Shown: piece by piece, positions 1-9,736 of the stretch
Layout of the letters: each line of letters starts with the position of its first letter
Numbering within the stretch: the first letter of the stretch is position 1
Assembly (NCBI GenBank): GCA_943787795.1
Contig: CALSNU010000001.1
Location: forward strand, 32,001-96,000
Direction: 5' to 3'
Length of the DNA stretch: 64,000 nt
DNA from: an uncultured bacterium
Lineage (GTDB): Bacteria; Planctomycetota; UBA1135; GCA-002686595
The notes under the pieces: generated by a model
The model's database searches: none
What the model saw: the letters and a program-made list of their open reading frames with translations, nothing else
What the model was told of the DNA's origin: nothing
Position numbers and translations under genes: made by a program

Positions 1-11
1 AGGATCACCGC

Positions 12-1274
12 GTGCTCCCTGCCCTCTCCAGCTGGTTCCTGATCGTGTCGCGGTCGTTGCGAGAGCACCTGCTCTCCACGTCCATCACGGTGGGCGCTGG
101 CGCGCTGGCGAGCGGGCTGGTCATGGCCGTCTTCGCGATCCACGCGGCGACCTCCGACGCATTCTCGGGGTCCAGCTCGGCCTATGACGCGATCCTCGGG
201 CCGCCGGGGGGACAGGGCCAGCTGGTGCTCAACTCGCTGTTCCATCTGGACGCCTCGCAGGGGAACCTCCCCTGGTCGATGTACGAGGCCATCGCCGCGG
301 ACCCCGGGGTGGAGCGCGCGGTGCCCTACGCCCTCGGAGACAACTTCCGTGGCTTCCGGATCATCGGCACGACCCTGGACGCCTTCGTCGGGCGTGAGCC
401 GGTGAGCCCAGGCGAGTGGTTTGACCCGGCCAAGGGCCAGGCGGTCGTCGGCGCGGCGGTCGCGCGGGAGACCGGGCTGGTGCGCGGGAGCGTCTTCCAG
501 CCCAGCCACGGGCTGACGTTCGACCCCGAGGATCCGCGCACCCACTCCCGGTGGTTCGTGGTCACGGCGGTCATGGCGCCCACGGGCTCCCCTGACGACC
601 GTGCGATCTTCATCCCGATCGAGGCGATCTACCGCATGGACGGCCACGAGCTGCGCGGCTCGGGTGAGGCCGTCGACGCGGAGGACTTCCGCGAGCTCGA
701 GATCCCTGACGAGCACAAGGAGGTCTCGGCCGTGCTCCTCCGGTTTCGGCGCGGCGGCGTCAATCCGGGGCTGCGGCTCAACTATCAGATCAATCAGGCC
801 GGAGACCAGGCCACCCTCGCGTGGCCCATCGCCCAGGTGCTCGCTGACCTCTATCGCAAGCTCTTCTGGGCGATCGAGGTCCTCCGGATCGTCGCGGTGA
901 TGGTGGTGGTCGTCGCGGGCGGGGCGCTCCTGGCGAGCCTGTACAACACGATGAACGAGCGGCGCAGGGAGCTGGCGATCCTCCGGAGCCTCGGCGCCAG
1001 CCGCGCGACGATCTTCAGCGTGATCGTGGGGGAGGCGGCGACCATCGCGCTCCTGGGGGCTCTGCTGGGGTTCCTGGTGGAGCGAGCGATCCTCTCCCGG
1101 GTGAGCGAGACGCTGCTCTCCACCACGGGAGTCCTCCTGTCGGCGGGCACCGCGGGCGGTGCGCACCTGTGGACGCCCCTTGGAATGCTCGCGGTGGGCG
1201 TCGTGGCGGGGGTCGTGCCGGCGCTGAAGGCGTACGCTGTGGACCCGTGCCAGACCCTGGCCCGTGGATCATGA
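12..1274 (+). CDS. ABC transporter permease, FtsX/MacB-like family
   Basis: N-terminal TM segment, large periplasmic region, then C-terminal TMs with the motif ERRRELAILRSLGASR. Stop overlaps the next ATG (ATGA, 1271-1274). Confidence 0.85.
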   Translation: MLPALSSWFLIVSRSLREHLLSTSITVGAGALASGLVMAVFAIHAATSDAFSGSSSAYDAILGPPGGQGQLVLNSLFHLDASQGNLPWSMYEAIAADPGVERAVPYALGDNFRGFRIIGTTLDAFVGREPVSPGEWFDPAKGQAVVGAAVARETGLVRGSVFQPSHGLTFDPEDPRTHSRWFVVTAVMAPTGSPDDRAIFIPIEAIYRMDGHELRGSGEAVDAEDFRELEIPDEHKEVSAVLLRFRRGGVNPGLRLNYQINQAGDQATLAWPIAQVLADLYRKLFWAIEVLRIVAVMVVVVAGGALLASLYNTMNERRRELAILRSLGASRATIFSVIVGEAATIALLGALLGFLVERAILSRVSETLLSTTGVLLSAGTAGGAHLWTPLGMLAVGVVAGVVPALKAYAVDPCQTLARGS

Positions 1275-2146
1275 AGTCCCGCACCCTCTCCATGTTGCTC
1301 CTCCTGCTGGCGTCCTGTCAGGGAGAGGAGTTACCCCCGGGCGGCGTCCAGGAGCTGACCTACGACGGCGGCGCCCTGGACGGCTCCGACGACGCGCAGC
1401 CCTCCGATGCGTTGATCGCCCAGGGGATCTCGGCCCAGGGATCTTCCGGGCTGACTCCTTCCGGGCTGAGTCCTTCCGGGCAGGAGACAGCTGAGGCGGA
1501 TAGGGAGCACGACCCGGAGCGCCAGGCGGAGCGTCAGGCGGAGCTCGAGGCGCAGGCGGCGGCGTACGAGACCATGCCCATCGACGACCTCCTCGCCTCC
1601 ATGGGGCTGGCGCGCGATGAGGAGACGCAGATGATGGACTTGCCGGACGAGACCATCCGCCAGCTCGCCATCGCGCGGCTCTGGCGCGAGGCGGCGCGGC
1701 CCGATGACGGCGGCGCTCCTCGGAGGCGCGAGGACGGCCACCTCGAGGTGCGCTTCAGGCACCTGGCCCTCGACGACCTCGATGACGAGGCCTACGAGGG
1801 CGTCATGGACGACCTCATGCGCGGGGAGAAGCGCTTCCCCGGCGCGGTCGCAGCGCTCGACGGGGAGCAGGTCGAGATCGTCGGCTACATGATCCCTGAG
1901 GAGTGGCAGCGCCGCGAGGTGACCGAGTTCATGCTCGTCCGTGATCTCCTGGCATGCTGCTTTGGCGGCGCTCCCCAGCCGGATGAGTGGATCCACGTCT
2001 CCATGAAGGCGGGCAGCGGTTCCCCGTATTTTCCCTTCGTCGCGGTGAGCGTGAAGGGAACGCTCCGGATCGAGGGAATTGACGACGGAGCGGGATACGC
2101 CGCCGGTTGCTTCCGTCTCGACGGGACGGCGACCGAGGAGCTCTGA
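1271..2146 (+). CDS. DUF3299-domain lipoprotein
   Basis: Start moved to ATG 1271 (MKSRTLSMLLLLLASC, lipobox-like). C-terminal LDGEQVEIVGYMIP...EFMLV...ACCFGGAPQPDEWIHV is the DUF3299 pattern, which is commonly found beside such permeases. Confidence 0.75.
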   Translation: MKSRTLSMLLLLLASCQGEELPPGGVQELTYDGGALDGSDDAQPSDALIAQGISAQGSSGLTPSGLSPSGQETAEADREHDPERQAERQAELEAQAAAYETMPIDDLLASMGLARDEETQMMDLPDETIRQLAIARLWREAARPDDGGAPRRREDGHLEVRFRHLALDDLDDEAYEGVMDDLMRGEKRFPGAVAALDGEQVEIVGYMIPEEWQRREVTEFMLVRDLLACCFGGAPQPDEWIHVSMKAGSGSPYFPFVAVSVKGTLRIEGIDDGAGYAAGCFRLDGTATEEL

Positions 2147-2339
2147 GCGAGCGCTCGCTCGGCCCCACGTAAGGGTCGTATCAGAGCTGGTCAGTTCGGG
2201 GGTCGATCGCGGCGTCACGCCCCGGAATCGTGGGCGGGGACTATGCTCGAACGACCGGCGACGCGCGGACTCTACTCGCGCTCGACGGGCCTACCTTTCG
2301 CCCCACCTCGCTCCGGCCGTAGCTGGAGAGGACTCTCCC

Positions 2340-5300
2340 ATGCGACGATATTTTCGCCTCCCGGACTCTCGCCTCCCGGCCCTCTTCCTGACGCTGCTCG
2401 CGTGCTCGTTGGTCCCCGTTGCTGCGGCCTCGCAGGACGAGCTTGGACGCCGCTCCCTGGAGCATGAAGACTATGAGCGATGGAGCTCGGTCCGGAGCTC
2501 CGGGCTGTCGCCGGATGGAGTCTGGGTCGCCTTCACCACTCGGCCCGCAGAGGGCGACGGAACGCTGACGATCCGCAAGGTCGCGACCCAGGAGCAGTTC
2601 ACCGTCGAGCGCGGGACGTCGGCGAGCTTCACTCGGGACAGCAGGTATGCGATCTACCTCGTGCGCCCGGCGAAGAAGGACGGCGAAGAGAGCGGCCGCG
2701 GCGGGGGCGCCTCCAGCCTCGAGATCCTGGATCTCGAGACCGAGCGGACCGTGAGCCTGCCGGATGTGCGCTCATTCCGTCTTCCGGAGGAGGCGTCTGG
2801 CTGGGTGGCCTACACGCCCTCGGGTGGAGGGGATGACGGGGCGGCGCGCAAGGGCGCCTCGGAGATGAGCGAGACCTACAGCATCGCAGGCGGCGCGCTG
2901 GGTCCCGCCGGTGCGGCGCCTGCGGCCAAGCCCGAGGCCAGCGAGGAGGCCGCGGAGCCGAGCGTTGAGGGAGCATCCGCGGGGGCGTCAGAGCAGCCCT
3001 CGAGGAAGCCATCGAAGAAGGGAGCCAAGAAGAAGGACGCGCGCACGAAGAAGAACGGCAGCGTCCTCGTGCTCAGGGACCTCGCGACGGGCATGGAGCA
3101 GCGGATTCCCGATGTCACCTCCCAGAGCTTCAGCAAGTACGGCCGGTGGCTGGTCTACGCGACCTCGGCCACCGACGCAGAAGACGACGGCGTCTTCGCC
3201 ATGGAGCTCTCCACGGGCGTGATCACGCCCCTGATCTCGGGGCGCGGGGCCTATCGGTCCATCGCTATCAGTGAGGACGAGAAGCGGGTGGCGTTCCTTT
3301 CTGACCGTGACGACTACGGGCCCGAGAAGCCGAGCATGTCGCTCTACCACTGGGCGGAGGGCGACGACTCGGCGGCCAAGATCGCGGGGGAGGAGACCGA
3401 GGGCATCCCCGAGGGGTGGTGGGTCGCCGCCTCGGGCCCGCGCTTCACCGAGGACGGCCGACGCCTCCTCTTCAACACGCAGCCCCGTCCCGAGGACGCG
3501 GGCAAGACCAAGGCGCAGCTGGACAAGGAGAAGAAGGCCAAGGCCAAGGATCCGGTCGTCAAGCTCGACATCTGGCACTGGAAGGACGACGCCCTCCAGC
3601 CCCGCCAGCTGCTCCAGGCGGAGCAGGAGCGCCGACGGAGCTACCAGGCCCTCTTCGACATCGAGGCGGGCCGGGTCGTCCAGCTGGCGACCAAGGAGAT
3701 GCCCTCCGTGCGGGTGGATGCTCGCTCGTCCAGCGACCTGGCCGTCGGGACCTCGTCCGCCAAGTACGCGGTGTCGGAGTCGTGGGAGTCGCCTGGCTTC
3801 AGCGACTCGTATGTGGTGGACCTCAAGACCGGCGACGCGCGCATGGTCCTCGAGCGAGTCCGGGGGACGGCGAGGATGTCGCCCGCCGGCAGGTTCCTCA
3901 CCTGGTGGGACCCGGACCAGCGCAAGATGTTCGCGATGCCGACCGCGGGCGGCGACACGGTGGACCTCTCGGAGGGGATCCCCACCTCTCTCGCCAACGA
4001 GCTCCACGACACCCCGGCGCCGCCGCGCTCCTACCGCACCGCTGGCTGGCTGGACGAGGACGCGGCGCTGCTGGTCTATGACCGCTTCGACATCTGGCAG
4101 GTGGACCCCACCGGCGCCGAGGCGGCGCGCTGCCTCACGGGTGAGCGCGGCCGCGCGGAGCGGCTCCGCTACCGCTACCAGTCGCTCGACCGCGAGGCCC
4201 GCTCCATCGACCCCGCTGAGCCCATGCTGCTGACGGTGTTCGACGAGGGGACGAAGGCCTCCGGCGTGGCGCGGCTGGATCCGGCGACCGGTGAGATCAC
4301 CACGCTCCTCATGCTCGACGAGCGGATCGGCGCGCCGGTCAAGGCGAAGGACGCAGACACTCTGGTGATGACGCGTCAGACCTTCCGGCGCTACCCGGAC
4401 CTGTGGGCGACCACCACCGCCTTCGAGAGCCTCAAGCGCCTCAGCTGGGCGAATCCCCAGCAGCGTGAGTACCTCTGGGGGACGTCCGAGCTCGTGCACT
4501 ACGAGACCACCAATGGCGTCCCGCTGGACGGCATCCTCTACAAGCCGGACAACTTCGACCCGACGCGCAAGTACCCCATGATGGTGTACTTCTACGAGCG
4601 CAACTCGGACAACCTGCACCGCTACGTCACCCCGTCAGCGGGCAGCTCGTCGATCAACTACGCGTTCTACGTCAGCCGCGGCTACGTCCTGTTCGTCCCC
4701 GATATCCCCTACACCACCGGGGAGCCGGGGATCAGCTGCGCCAACGCGGTCCTGCCCGGCGTGCAGTCCATCGTGGACATGGGCTTCGTTGACCCCGATC
4801 GGATCGGCGTCCAGGGCCACAGCTGGGGCGGCTATCAGATCGCCTACCTGGTGACCATGAGCAACGTCTTCGCCTGCGCGGAGTCCGGGGCGCCGGTCAG
4901 CAACATGACCAGCGCCTACGGCGGGATCCGCTGGGCCAGCGGCATGAGCCGGATGTTCCAGTACGAGAAGACCCAGAGCCGAATCGGCGGCACCCTCTGG
5001 GAGGCGCGCGACCTGTACCTGAAGAACTCGCCGGTCTTCTACGCCGACAAGATCGAGACGCCGCTCCTGATCCTCCACAACGACGAGGACGGGGCGGTCC
5101 CGTGGTACCAGGGGATCGAGCTCTTCGTGGCCATGCGCCGCCTCGGCAAGCCCGCTTGGATGCTGAACTACAACGGTGAGGCCCACGGGCTCCGCCGCAA
5201 GGAGAACCGGGTCGACTTCGCCCGGCGCATGCAGCAGTTCTTTGACCACTATCTGATGGACGGTCCGGCGACACGCTGGATTGCTGAGGGGGTCCCCGCC

Positions 5301-5399
5301 GTCGACAAGGGACGCGACTTCGGCTTCGAGCCGGTCGAGGCGCCTGCGGCTCTCGAGGCCGAGGAGCCGCCCGCGGCGGGCGCCATGAGCGGGGAGTGA
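2340..5399 (+). CDS. Secreted S9 (prolyl oligopeptidase/acylaminoacyl peptidase) family serine peptidase
   Basis: Signal peptide after ATG 2340 and a propeller-like region. Nucleophile motif GHSWGG, then HNDEDGAVP (Asp) and GEAHGL (His). Confidence 0.9.
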   Translation: MRRYFRLPDSRLPALFLTLLACSLVPVAAASQDELGRRSLEHEDYERWSSVRSSGLSPDGVWVAFTTRPAEGDGTLTIRKVATQEQFTVERGTSASFTRDSRYAIYLVRPAKKDGEESGRGGGASSLEILDLETERTVSLPDVRSFRLPEEASGWVAYTPSGGGDDGAARKGASEMSETYSIAGGALGPAGAAPAAKPEASEEAAEPSVEGASAGASEQPSRKPSKKGAKKKDARTKKNGSVLVLRDLATGMEQRIPDVTSQSFSKYGRWLVYATSATDAEDDGVFAMELSTGVITPLISGRGAYRSIAISEDEKRVAFLSDRDDYGPEKPSMSLYHWAEGDDSAAKIAGEETEGIPEGWWVAASGPRFTEDGRRLLFNTQPRPEDAGKTKAQLDKEKKAKAKDPVVKLDIWHWKDDALQPRQLLQAEQERRRSYQALFDIEAGRVVQLATKEMPSVRVDARSSSDLAVGTSSAKYAVSESWESPGFSDSYVVDLKTGDARMVLERVRGTARMSPAGRFLTWWDPDQRKMFAMPTAGGDTVDLSEGIPTSLANELHDTPAPPRSYRTAGWLDEDAALLVYDRFDIWQVDPTGAEAARCLTGERGRAERLRYRYQSLDREARSIDPAEPMLLTVFDEGTKASGVARLDPATGEITTLLMLDERIGAPVKAKDADTLVMTRQTFRRYPDLWATTTAFESLKRLSWANPQQREYLWGTSELVHYETTNGVPLDGILYKPDNFDPTRKYPMMVYFYERNSDNLHRYVTPSAGSSSINYAFYVSRGYVLFVPDIPYTTGEPGISCANAVLPGVQSIVDMGFVDPDRIGVQGHSWGGYQIAYLVTMSNVFACAESGAPVSNMTSAYGGIRWASGMSRMFQYEKTQSRIGGTLWEARDLYLKNSPVFYADKIETPLLILHNDEDGAVPWYQGIELFVAMRRLGKPAWMLNYNGEAHGLRRKENRVDFARRMQQFFDHYLMDGPATRWIAEGVPAVDKGRDFGFEPVEAPAALEAEEPPAAGAMSGE

Positions 5400-5434
5400 T
5401 CGCCGGCCTGACGGGCGGCCAGAGATTGATGGAC

Positions 5435-5463
5435 CTCTCCCTCGCAGCTTGAGCGGGGGAGAG
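5435..5463 (+). other. Intergenic stem-loop
   Basis: CTCTCCCTCGC-agcttga-GCGGGGGAGAG forms an 11-bp stem with one G:U pair, between the S9 peptidase stop and the next start. No U-tract follows, so a terminator role is uncertain. Confidence 0.4.
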
Positions 5464-5477
5464 AACACAATGTCGGC

Positions 5478-7601
5478 ATGCCCAGGCCCCGCCACGAATC
5501 TGTCCTCCTGATCTCATTCATCGCGCTGGCGTCTGCCTGCACGGACGACGCCTCGATCTTTGACGATCAGACGCCGCCCACTGCGACCCTCGACTACCCG
5601 TTCGACGGTGCGCTGGCCAGCGGACCGGTGCTCACTTTCACCGGCACTGCCGAGGATTCCTACGGGGTGACCTCGGTCACCGTCGACCTGGTGGAGGCCA
5701 CCACCTCGGACGGGTATGCGACCTGGGATGTGTCTCTCGACCTCCCGACCGGCGACCTGTTCGTCCAGGTGGGGACGCGGGACGAGTTCAACTACGACCC
5801 GCAGGCGGTGACCATCGACATGCAGCGCCAGGGAGAGCTGGTGGCGCCGACGGCCCTGACGTTCAACCCCTCCACGAGCCAGCTGGTGTTTACGGACGAG
5901 GGGCTCGAGGGCCTCACGGGGCTGATCCCTGATCTGGGGTTCACTCAGAACCTGAGCGCGCCCAACATCGGCACGGGGCCGCCCCTCTCGAGCTGCACTG
6001 GCGTGGCGGTGGATGGGGCCTCGGAGACGGCTTACGTGGTGGACGCCAGCGCCCCGGGGCTCTTGGCGGTGAACCTCAGCGACGGCACGCGGACGGCCTT
6101 CTCGGACGCGGTGACGGGCGTTGGGGCGAACTTCTCCGCCCCTGTGGACGTCGCGCTGGACACGACCGGCGCCCGCTTGCTGGTGACGGATGACGGGCTC
6201 GATGCGGTGATCGCAGTGGACCTCATCACGGGGGACCGCACGGTGTTCTCGGACGGCACGACCGGGACCGGGGCGGCGCTGATCTCGCCTGCTGGCGTCG
6301 CCATCGACAGCGTCGGCGGAGCGCTCTACGTGGCCGACGGGTCGGGGTCCGTGGTGCAAGTGGACCTCACCACCGGGGACCGCGCGCCGATCTCGGGCGG
6401 CGGCACCGGGGCAGGCGTGGCCCTCTCGGCGCCGACCTACCTGAGCCTCGACCTCACCATGGACCGGCTCCACGTCAGCGACCTTGGCCTCGGGGCGATC
6501 CTCGAGGTGAACCTGACGACGGGGGACAGGGCGGAGGTCTCGGGCCCGGGCGTGGGAGCGGGAGACCTCTTCGATCAGCTGGAGGACCTCTGGCTCGATG
6601 AGGCCATGGGGCGCCTGCTCGTGCTCGACAGCGACCTCCCCGCGGTGTGGTCCGTCGACGTCGCCACCGGTGACCGGACGATCTTCTACGAGTTCCGTCG
6701 CGGCACCGGGGACAGAGACGTGACCCTCGACGCGGTCGCCGCAGCGCCCCAGGGAGCGGACGCCATCTTCGGCGTCGCTCGCGGGGACGCCGCCGTCCTC
6801 CGGCTCGCGACGCCGAGCGGGGACCGGACGGTGCTCTCCGACGCCGTGACCGGCGCAGGGCCGGCCCTCGTCGAGCCGACCGACGTGCAGCCCCTCGCGC
6901 CCGGCGGCGCGGCTGGGCTCAGCGGGAGCCTCCTCGTGGTCGATCGCGGCCTGGGCGCTCTGCTCGCCGTGGACCCCGCCACAGGAGATCGCACGGTGCT
7001 CTCCGACGGCGTGACCGGGGCGGGCGCGGCCTTCGCCGACCCCTCAGGCGTCGCGGTCGACGCCGCGGGGGCGGTGGCCTGGGTCACCGACATCGGTGCT
7101 GACACGGTGGTGGAGGTGGACCTCGCCACCGGCGATCGGGTCACGATCTCGGGCGGCGGCTCGGGGGCTGGACCTGCCTTCGATGCTCCGGTCCGAGCCC
7201 TCCAGGACCCGTCCGATCCGGGGCGCCTGCTCGTCATGGATCGCGGCCTGCTGGCCGTCGTCGCGGTGCAGCTCACCGCTGGCGCCGGCGCCGGGGACCG
7301 GACGATCCTCTCCGACGGGACTACGGGTGCGGGTGACCCCTTCCAGTCCCTCGCCGGAGCCTCGATGACCGACGCTGGCCTCCTGGTCTGCGACCCCACC
7401 GCTGCGCAGCTGGTCCTGGTGGACCTGGCCTCCGGCGACCGGGTGCTGGCCGCGGGGGGGGACGTCGGCTTCGGCCCGCGCCTCTTCGCTCCCAGCGGCC
7501 TCGCGGCGCGGACGGGAGGAGGCGGTCTCTACCTGGTCGCGGGGGGCGCGACGCTCCTGGTCGAACCCACGGTCGGCGACCGCGTGGTCCTGTCCCTCTG
7601 A
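5478..7601 (+). CDS. Lipoprotein with N-terminal Ig-like domain and about 12 NHL-like beta-propeller repeats
   Basis: Lipobox LASAC; Ig-like segment (DQTPPTATLDYP...FTGTAEDSYGVTSVTV); repeated ~50-aa unit VDLxTGDRTxxSxxxxGxGxxxxxPxxVAxD. Confidence 0.7.
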   Translation: MPRPRHESVLLISFIALASACTDDASIFDDQTPPTATLDYPFDGALASGPVLTFTGTAEDSYGVTSVTVDLVEATTSDGYATWDVSLDLPTGDLFVQVGTRDEFNYDPQAVTIDMQRQGELVAPTALTFNPSTSQLVFTDEGLEGLTGLIPDLGFTQNLSAPNIGTGPPLSSCTGVAVDGASETAYVVDASAPGLLAVNLSDGTRTAFSDAVTGVGANFSAPVDVALDTTGARLLVTDDGLDAVIAVDLITGDRTVFSDGTTGTGAALISPAGVAIDSVGGALYVADGSGSVVQVDLTTGDRAPISGGGTGAGVALSAPTYLSLDLTMDRLHVSDLGLGAILEVNLTTGDRAEVSGPGVGAGDLFDQLEDLWLDEAMGRLLVLDSDLPAVWSVDVATGDRTIFYEFRRGTGDRDVTLDAVAAAPQGADAIFGVARGDAAVLRLATPSGDRTVLSDAVTGAGPALVEPTDVQPLAPGGAAGLSGSLLVVDRGLGALLAVDPATGDRTVLSDGVTGAGAAFADPSGVAVDAAGAVAWVTDIGADTVVEVDLATGDRVTISGGGSGAGPAFDAPVRALQDPSDPGRLLVMDRGLLAVVAVQLTAGAGAGDRTILSDGTTGAGDPFQSLAGASMTDAGLLVCDPTAAQLVLVDLASGDRVLAAGGDVGFGPRLFAPSGLAARTGGGGLYLVAGGATLLVEPTVGDRVVLSL

Positions 7602-7682
7602 AGTCGGAGGGAGCCCGCGCCGAAGCTGCGGCCTCCCCCCTGCGTGCTCGCGGGTCAGCGGAGCTCCGTGCCCCGCGGTCCC

Positions 7683-8201
7683 TCACCTGAAGCTCAGGAG
7701 CTCCATCTCGAACTTCAGGTCACCCCTGCCCCGGTAGGCGAGGGCCTCCGGCATGAGGATCACAAAGGAGTCGCCAACGCGCATGCGCGCGACCACCTTG
7801 TCCCAGCCAGCGATGGCCTGTCCGGAGCCAACCTGGAAGGTGAACGGGCGGCTGCCGGGGTCCAGCACCTCTCCGTCGGCCTTCATGGCCTTGTAGGCGA
7901 GGGTGGCCGTCTTGCCGATCCCGCAGGCCGGCCCGGTCCCGTTGCCGCGGACCTCGAGGATCTCGATGTCGGGGACGCCGGTGAGTTCCGAGGAGATGGT
8001 GTCCCCCACGGCCCAGGCCTTCGCTGCGGCGGCCACGGTCTCGGGTTCCACCTCGGGGGAGGGCGCGGGGGCCTGTGGGGTGGAGGGAGCCTGCTTGGTG
8101 GAGGGACCCTGCGGGCCCGCGGTGCCAGTGGTGGGCGTCTCACTGGCGCAAGCGGTGAGAGCAGCTGCCAGGAGAGCAGCGGTGAGGTGATAGACGTTCA
8201 T
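7683..8201 (-). CDS. FKBP-type peptidyl-prolyl cis-trans isomerase, lipoprotein
   Basis: Lipobox LTAC; PFTFQVGSGQAIAGWD...MRVG...PEALAY...LKFEMELL is the FKBP signature. Confidence 0.85.
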   Translation of the reverse strand: MNVYHLTAALLAAALTACASETPTTGTAGPQGPSTKQAPSTPQAPAPSPEVEPETVAAAAKAWAVGDTISSELTGVPDIEILEVRGNGTGPACGIGKTATLAYKAMKADGEVLDPGSRPFTFQVGSGQAIAGWDKVVARMRVGDSFVILMPEALAYRGRGDLKFEMELLSFR

Positions 8202-8298
8202 GGTCCCTGAAGGCTATGGGATTCAGAGGCGGGGTACGACCCCCCGGCCTTGGCGCGCCCGGTCCGCGGCCACTCCGGCCCCCGCACCGCTGGGTTCC

Positions 8299-9591
8299 TT
8301 AGAAGGGGTGCTGGATGTCGACCAGCACGGCGTACTCCTCGGGGCCGGCCGCGATGTCGAAGCGGAAGAGCGCCTTCTTGGCGAAGATCCGGAGGGAGAT
8401 GCCGGCGTCCCACTTGAGGTCCTCATGGAGGAGCTCTGCGTCCCACGAGGGCGCGACCCGTCCGGCCTCGGCGAAGACCGCGAACTGCCACCAGTCCACC
8501 GAAGCCCGCCGGATGCTCTCCACCCTCGGTAGAGGCTGCCAGCCCGGGATGAAGCGGTACTCGGCCCAGTAGTGGACCGCGCTCCGGTCGTTGAAGCGAT
8601 AGGCGGGGTAGGCCCGCAGTCGCTTGCGGCCCCCGAGGGTGGCGCCCATGAAGTAGGGGGGCCGGCCGCTCCCGTCGTCGTCCCAGGTCGGTGTGTCGGC
8701 GGCCCAGGCCCCGAAGGCCAGGACCTGCTGCCGTGCCCAGTCGGTCCGCCCGAGGTCCACGTACTTGGTGGCCAGGGCCTCCACCGACGTCCAGCTACCG
8801 GCGCTGTCCAGCTGTCCGAAGTCGCGCCAGACGCGCACCTGCTGGAGGCTCCCGCGGGAGGGATTGCGGGGGAAGTCCCGGTTGTCGTAGGTCAGGGCGA
8901 GGGCGGCGCCGTTGGTGGCGAGGGCGCCGCGCTGGCCCGCGTCGTCGTATTCCTGGCGGCGATAGAAGGGGCGCAGGTCGAGGAATGTCCGCCCGCTCTC
9001 GAGGGGATCCCAGGCCCACCCGCCCGTGCCCTTGCCGGTGAGGAGGCCGTCCTCGAGTTCGTAGCGCTGGATCGGCTCCCTGGCGCCCGGCCCGAGGGGC
9101 AGCACCGCCCGCAGCGGGAGTTCGAACCGGACGTCATACGCCTCGTCCTGCAGGTAGTTGTCCTTGGCTGAACCGTTGCTACCAGCGCGCTCTCCGCTCC
9201 CGTCCACGCCGGTGTAAGCACGCAGCTGGGTGTAGTCACCCACCGACAGGTAGCCGTCGAGGAAGAGCCGGTCCGTCCCGGCCAACCGCAGGTTGGCGAA
9301 GCCGAGCTGCAGCTCCGAGGTCTCGTTGGTGCTGACCGCCACGGCGCCGAACAGCTGCAGCTGATCCTGGAAGAAACCCGTCCCCACCGCGCCGTAGCCG
9401 ATCGCGAAGTCCCAGGACGCCGATGAGAAGGCGTAGGGCATCTGGAACACCTCCGACTCGGGAGCGGTCTCTCCCTCGTCGACGTCGACGATCACTTCCT
9501 GCCCCGTTGCCGGAGCCATGAGCAGGAGCCCGAAGATCCATCGTGCGAGCCGTGGTCGGTCTCTTGTCGTGGCTTGTGCGGCTCGGGACAT
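8299..9591 (-). CDS. BamA/TamA-like (Omp85/D15 barrel) outer membrane protein
   Basis: Start moved to ATG 9591. YDNRDFPRNPSRG, LGGRKRLRAYPAYRF (RGY/F-like motif), C-terminal Phe. Confidence 0.75.
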   Translation of the reverse strand: MSRAAQATTRDRPRLARWIFGLLLMAPATGQEVIVDVDEGETAPESEVFQMPYAFSSASWDFAIGYGAVGTGFFQDQLQLFGAVAVSTNETSELQLGFANLRLAGTDRLFLDGYLSVGDYTQLRAYTGVDGSGERAGSNGSAKDNYLQDEAYDVRFELPLRAVLPLGPGAREPIQRYELEDGLLTGKGTGGWAWDPLESGRTFLDLRPFYRRQEYDDAGQRGALATNGAALALTYDNRDFPRNPSRGSLQQVRVWRDFGQLDSAGSWTSVEALATKYVDLGRTDWARQQVLAFGAWAADTPTWDDDGSGRPPYFMGATLGGRKRLRAYPAYRFNDRSAVHYWAEYRFIPGWQPLPRVESIRRASVDWWQFAVFAEAGRVAPSWDAELLHEDLKWDAGISLRIFAKKALFRFDIAAGPEEYAVLVDIQHPF

Positions 9592-9666
9592 GGTGGGCGT
9601 GGTAGGAGATCCTAGCCACACGGCCGGGGGGGCGGAGCGGCCCGTATCGTCAGGACTTGCCCCGCC

Positions 9667-9712
9667 TCCTGACCCGGGATTCCTGACCCTTGGGATTCCT
9701 GACCCTCGGGAC
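9667..9712 (+). repeat. Three direct repeats TCCTGACCC(nn)GGGA(T/C) in a divergent promoter region
   Basis: Units at 9667-9680, 9681-9696 and 9697-9712, plus an inverted TCAGGA at 9650-9655. Confidence 0.75.
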
Positions 9713-9736
9713 GGCTGCCAAGTCGGAGCTCCTACG

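Noticed and set aside
2988..4619. Long antisense or alternate-frame ORFs (also 13587-15626, 14657-16432, 18636-20264, 38646-40457, 45508-47658, 51430-52887)
   Set aside because: Shadow ORFs of high-GC genes; Arg/Pro/Gly-rich or mirror translations with no motifs, overlapping well-supported genes.
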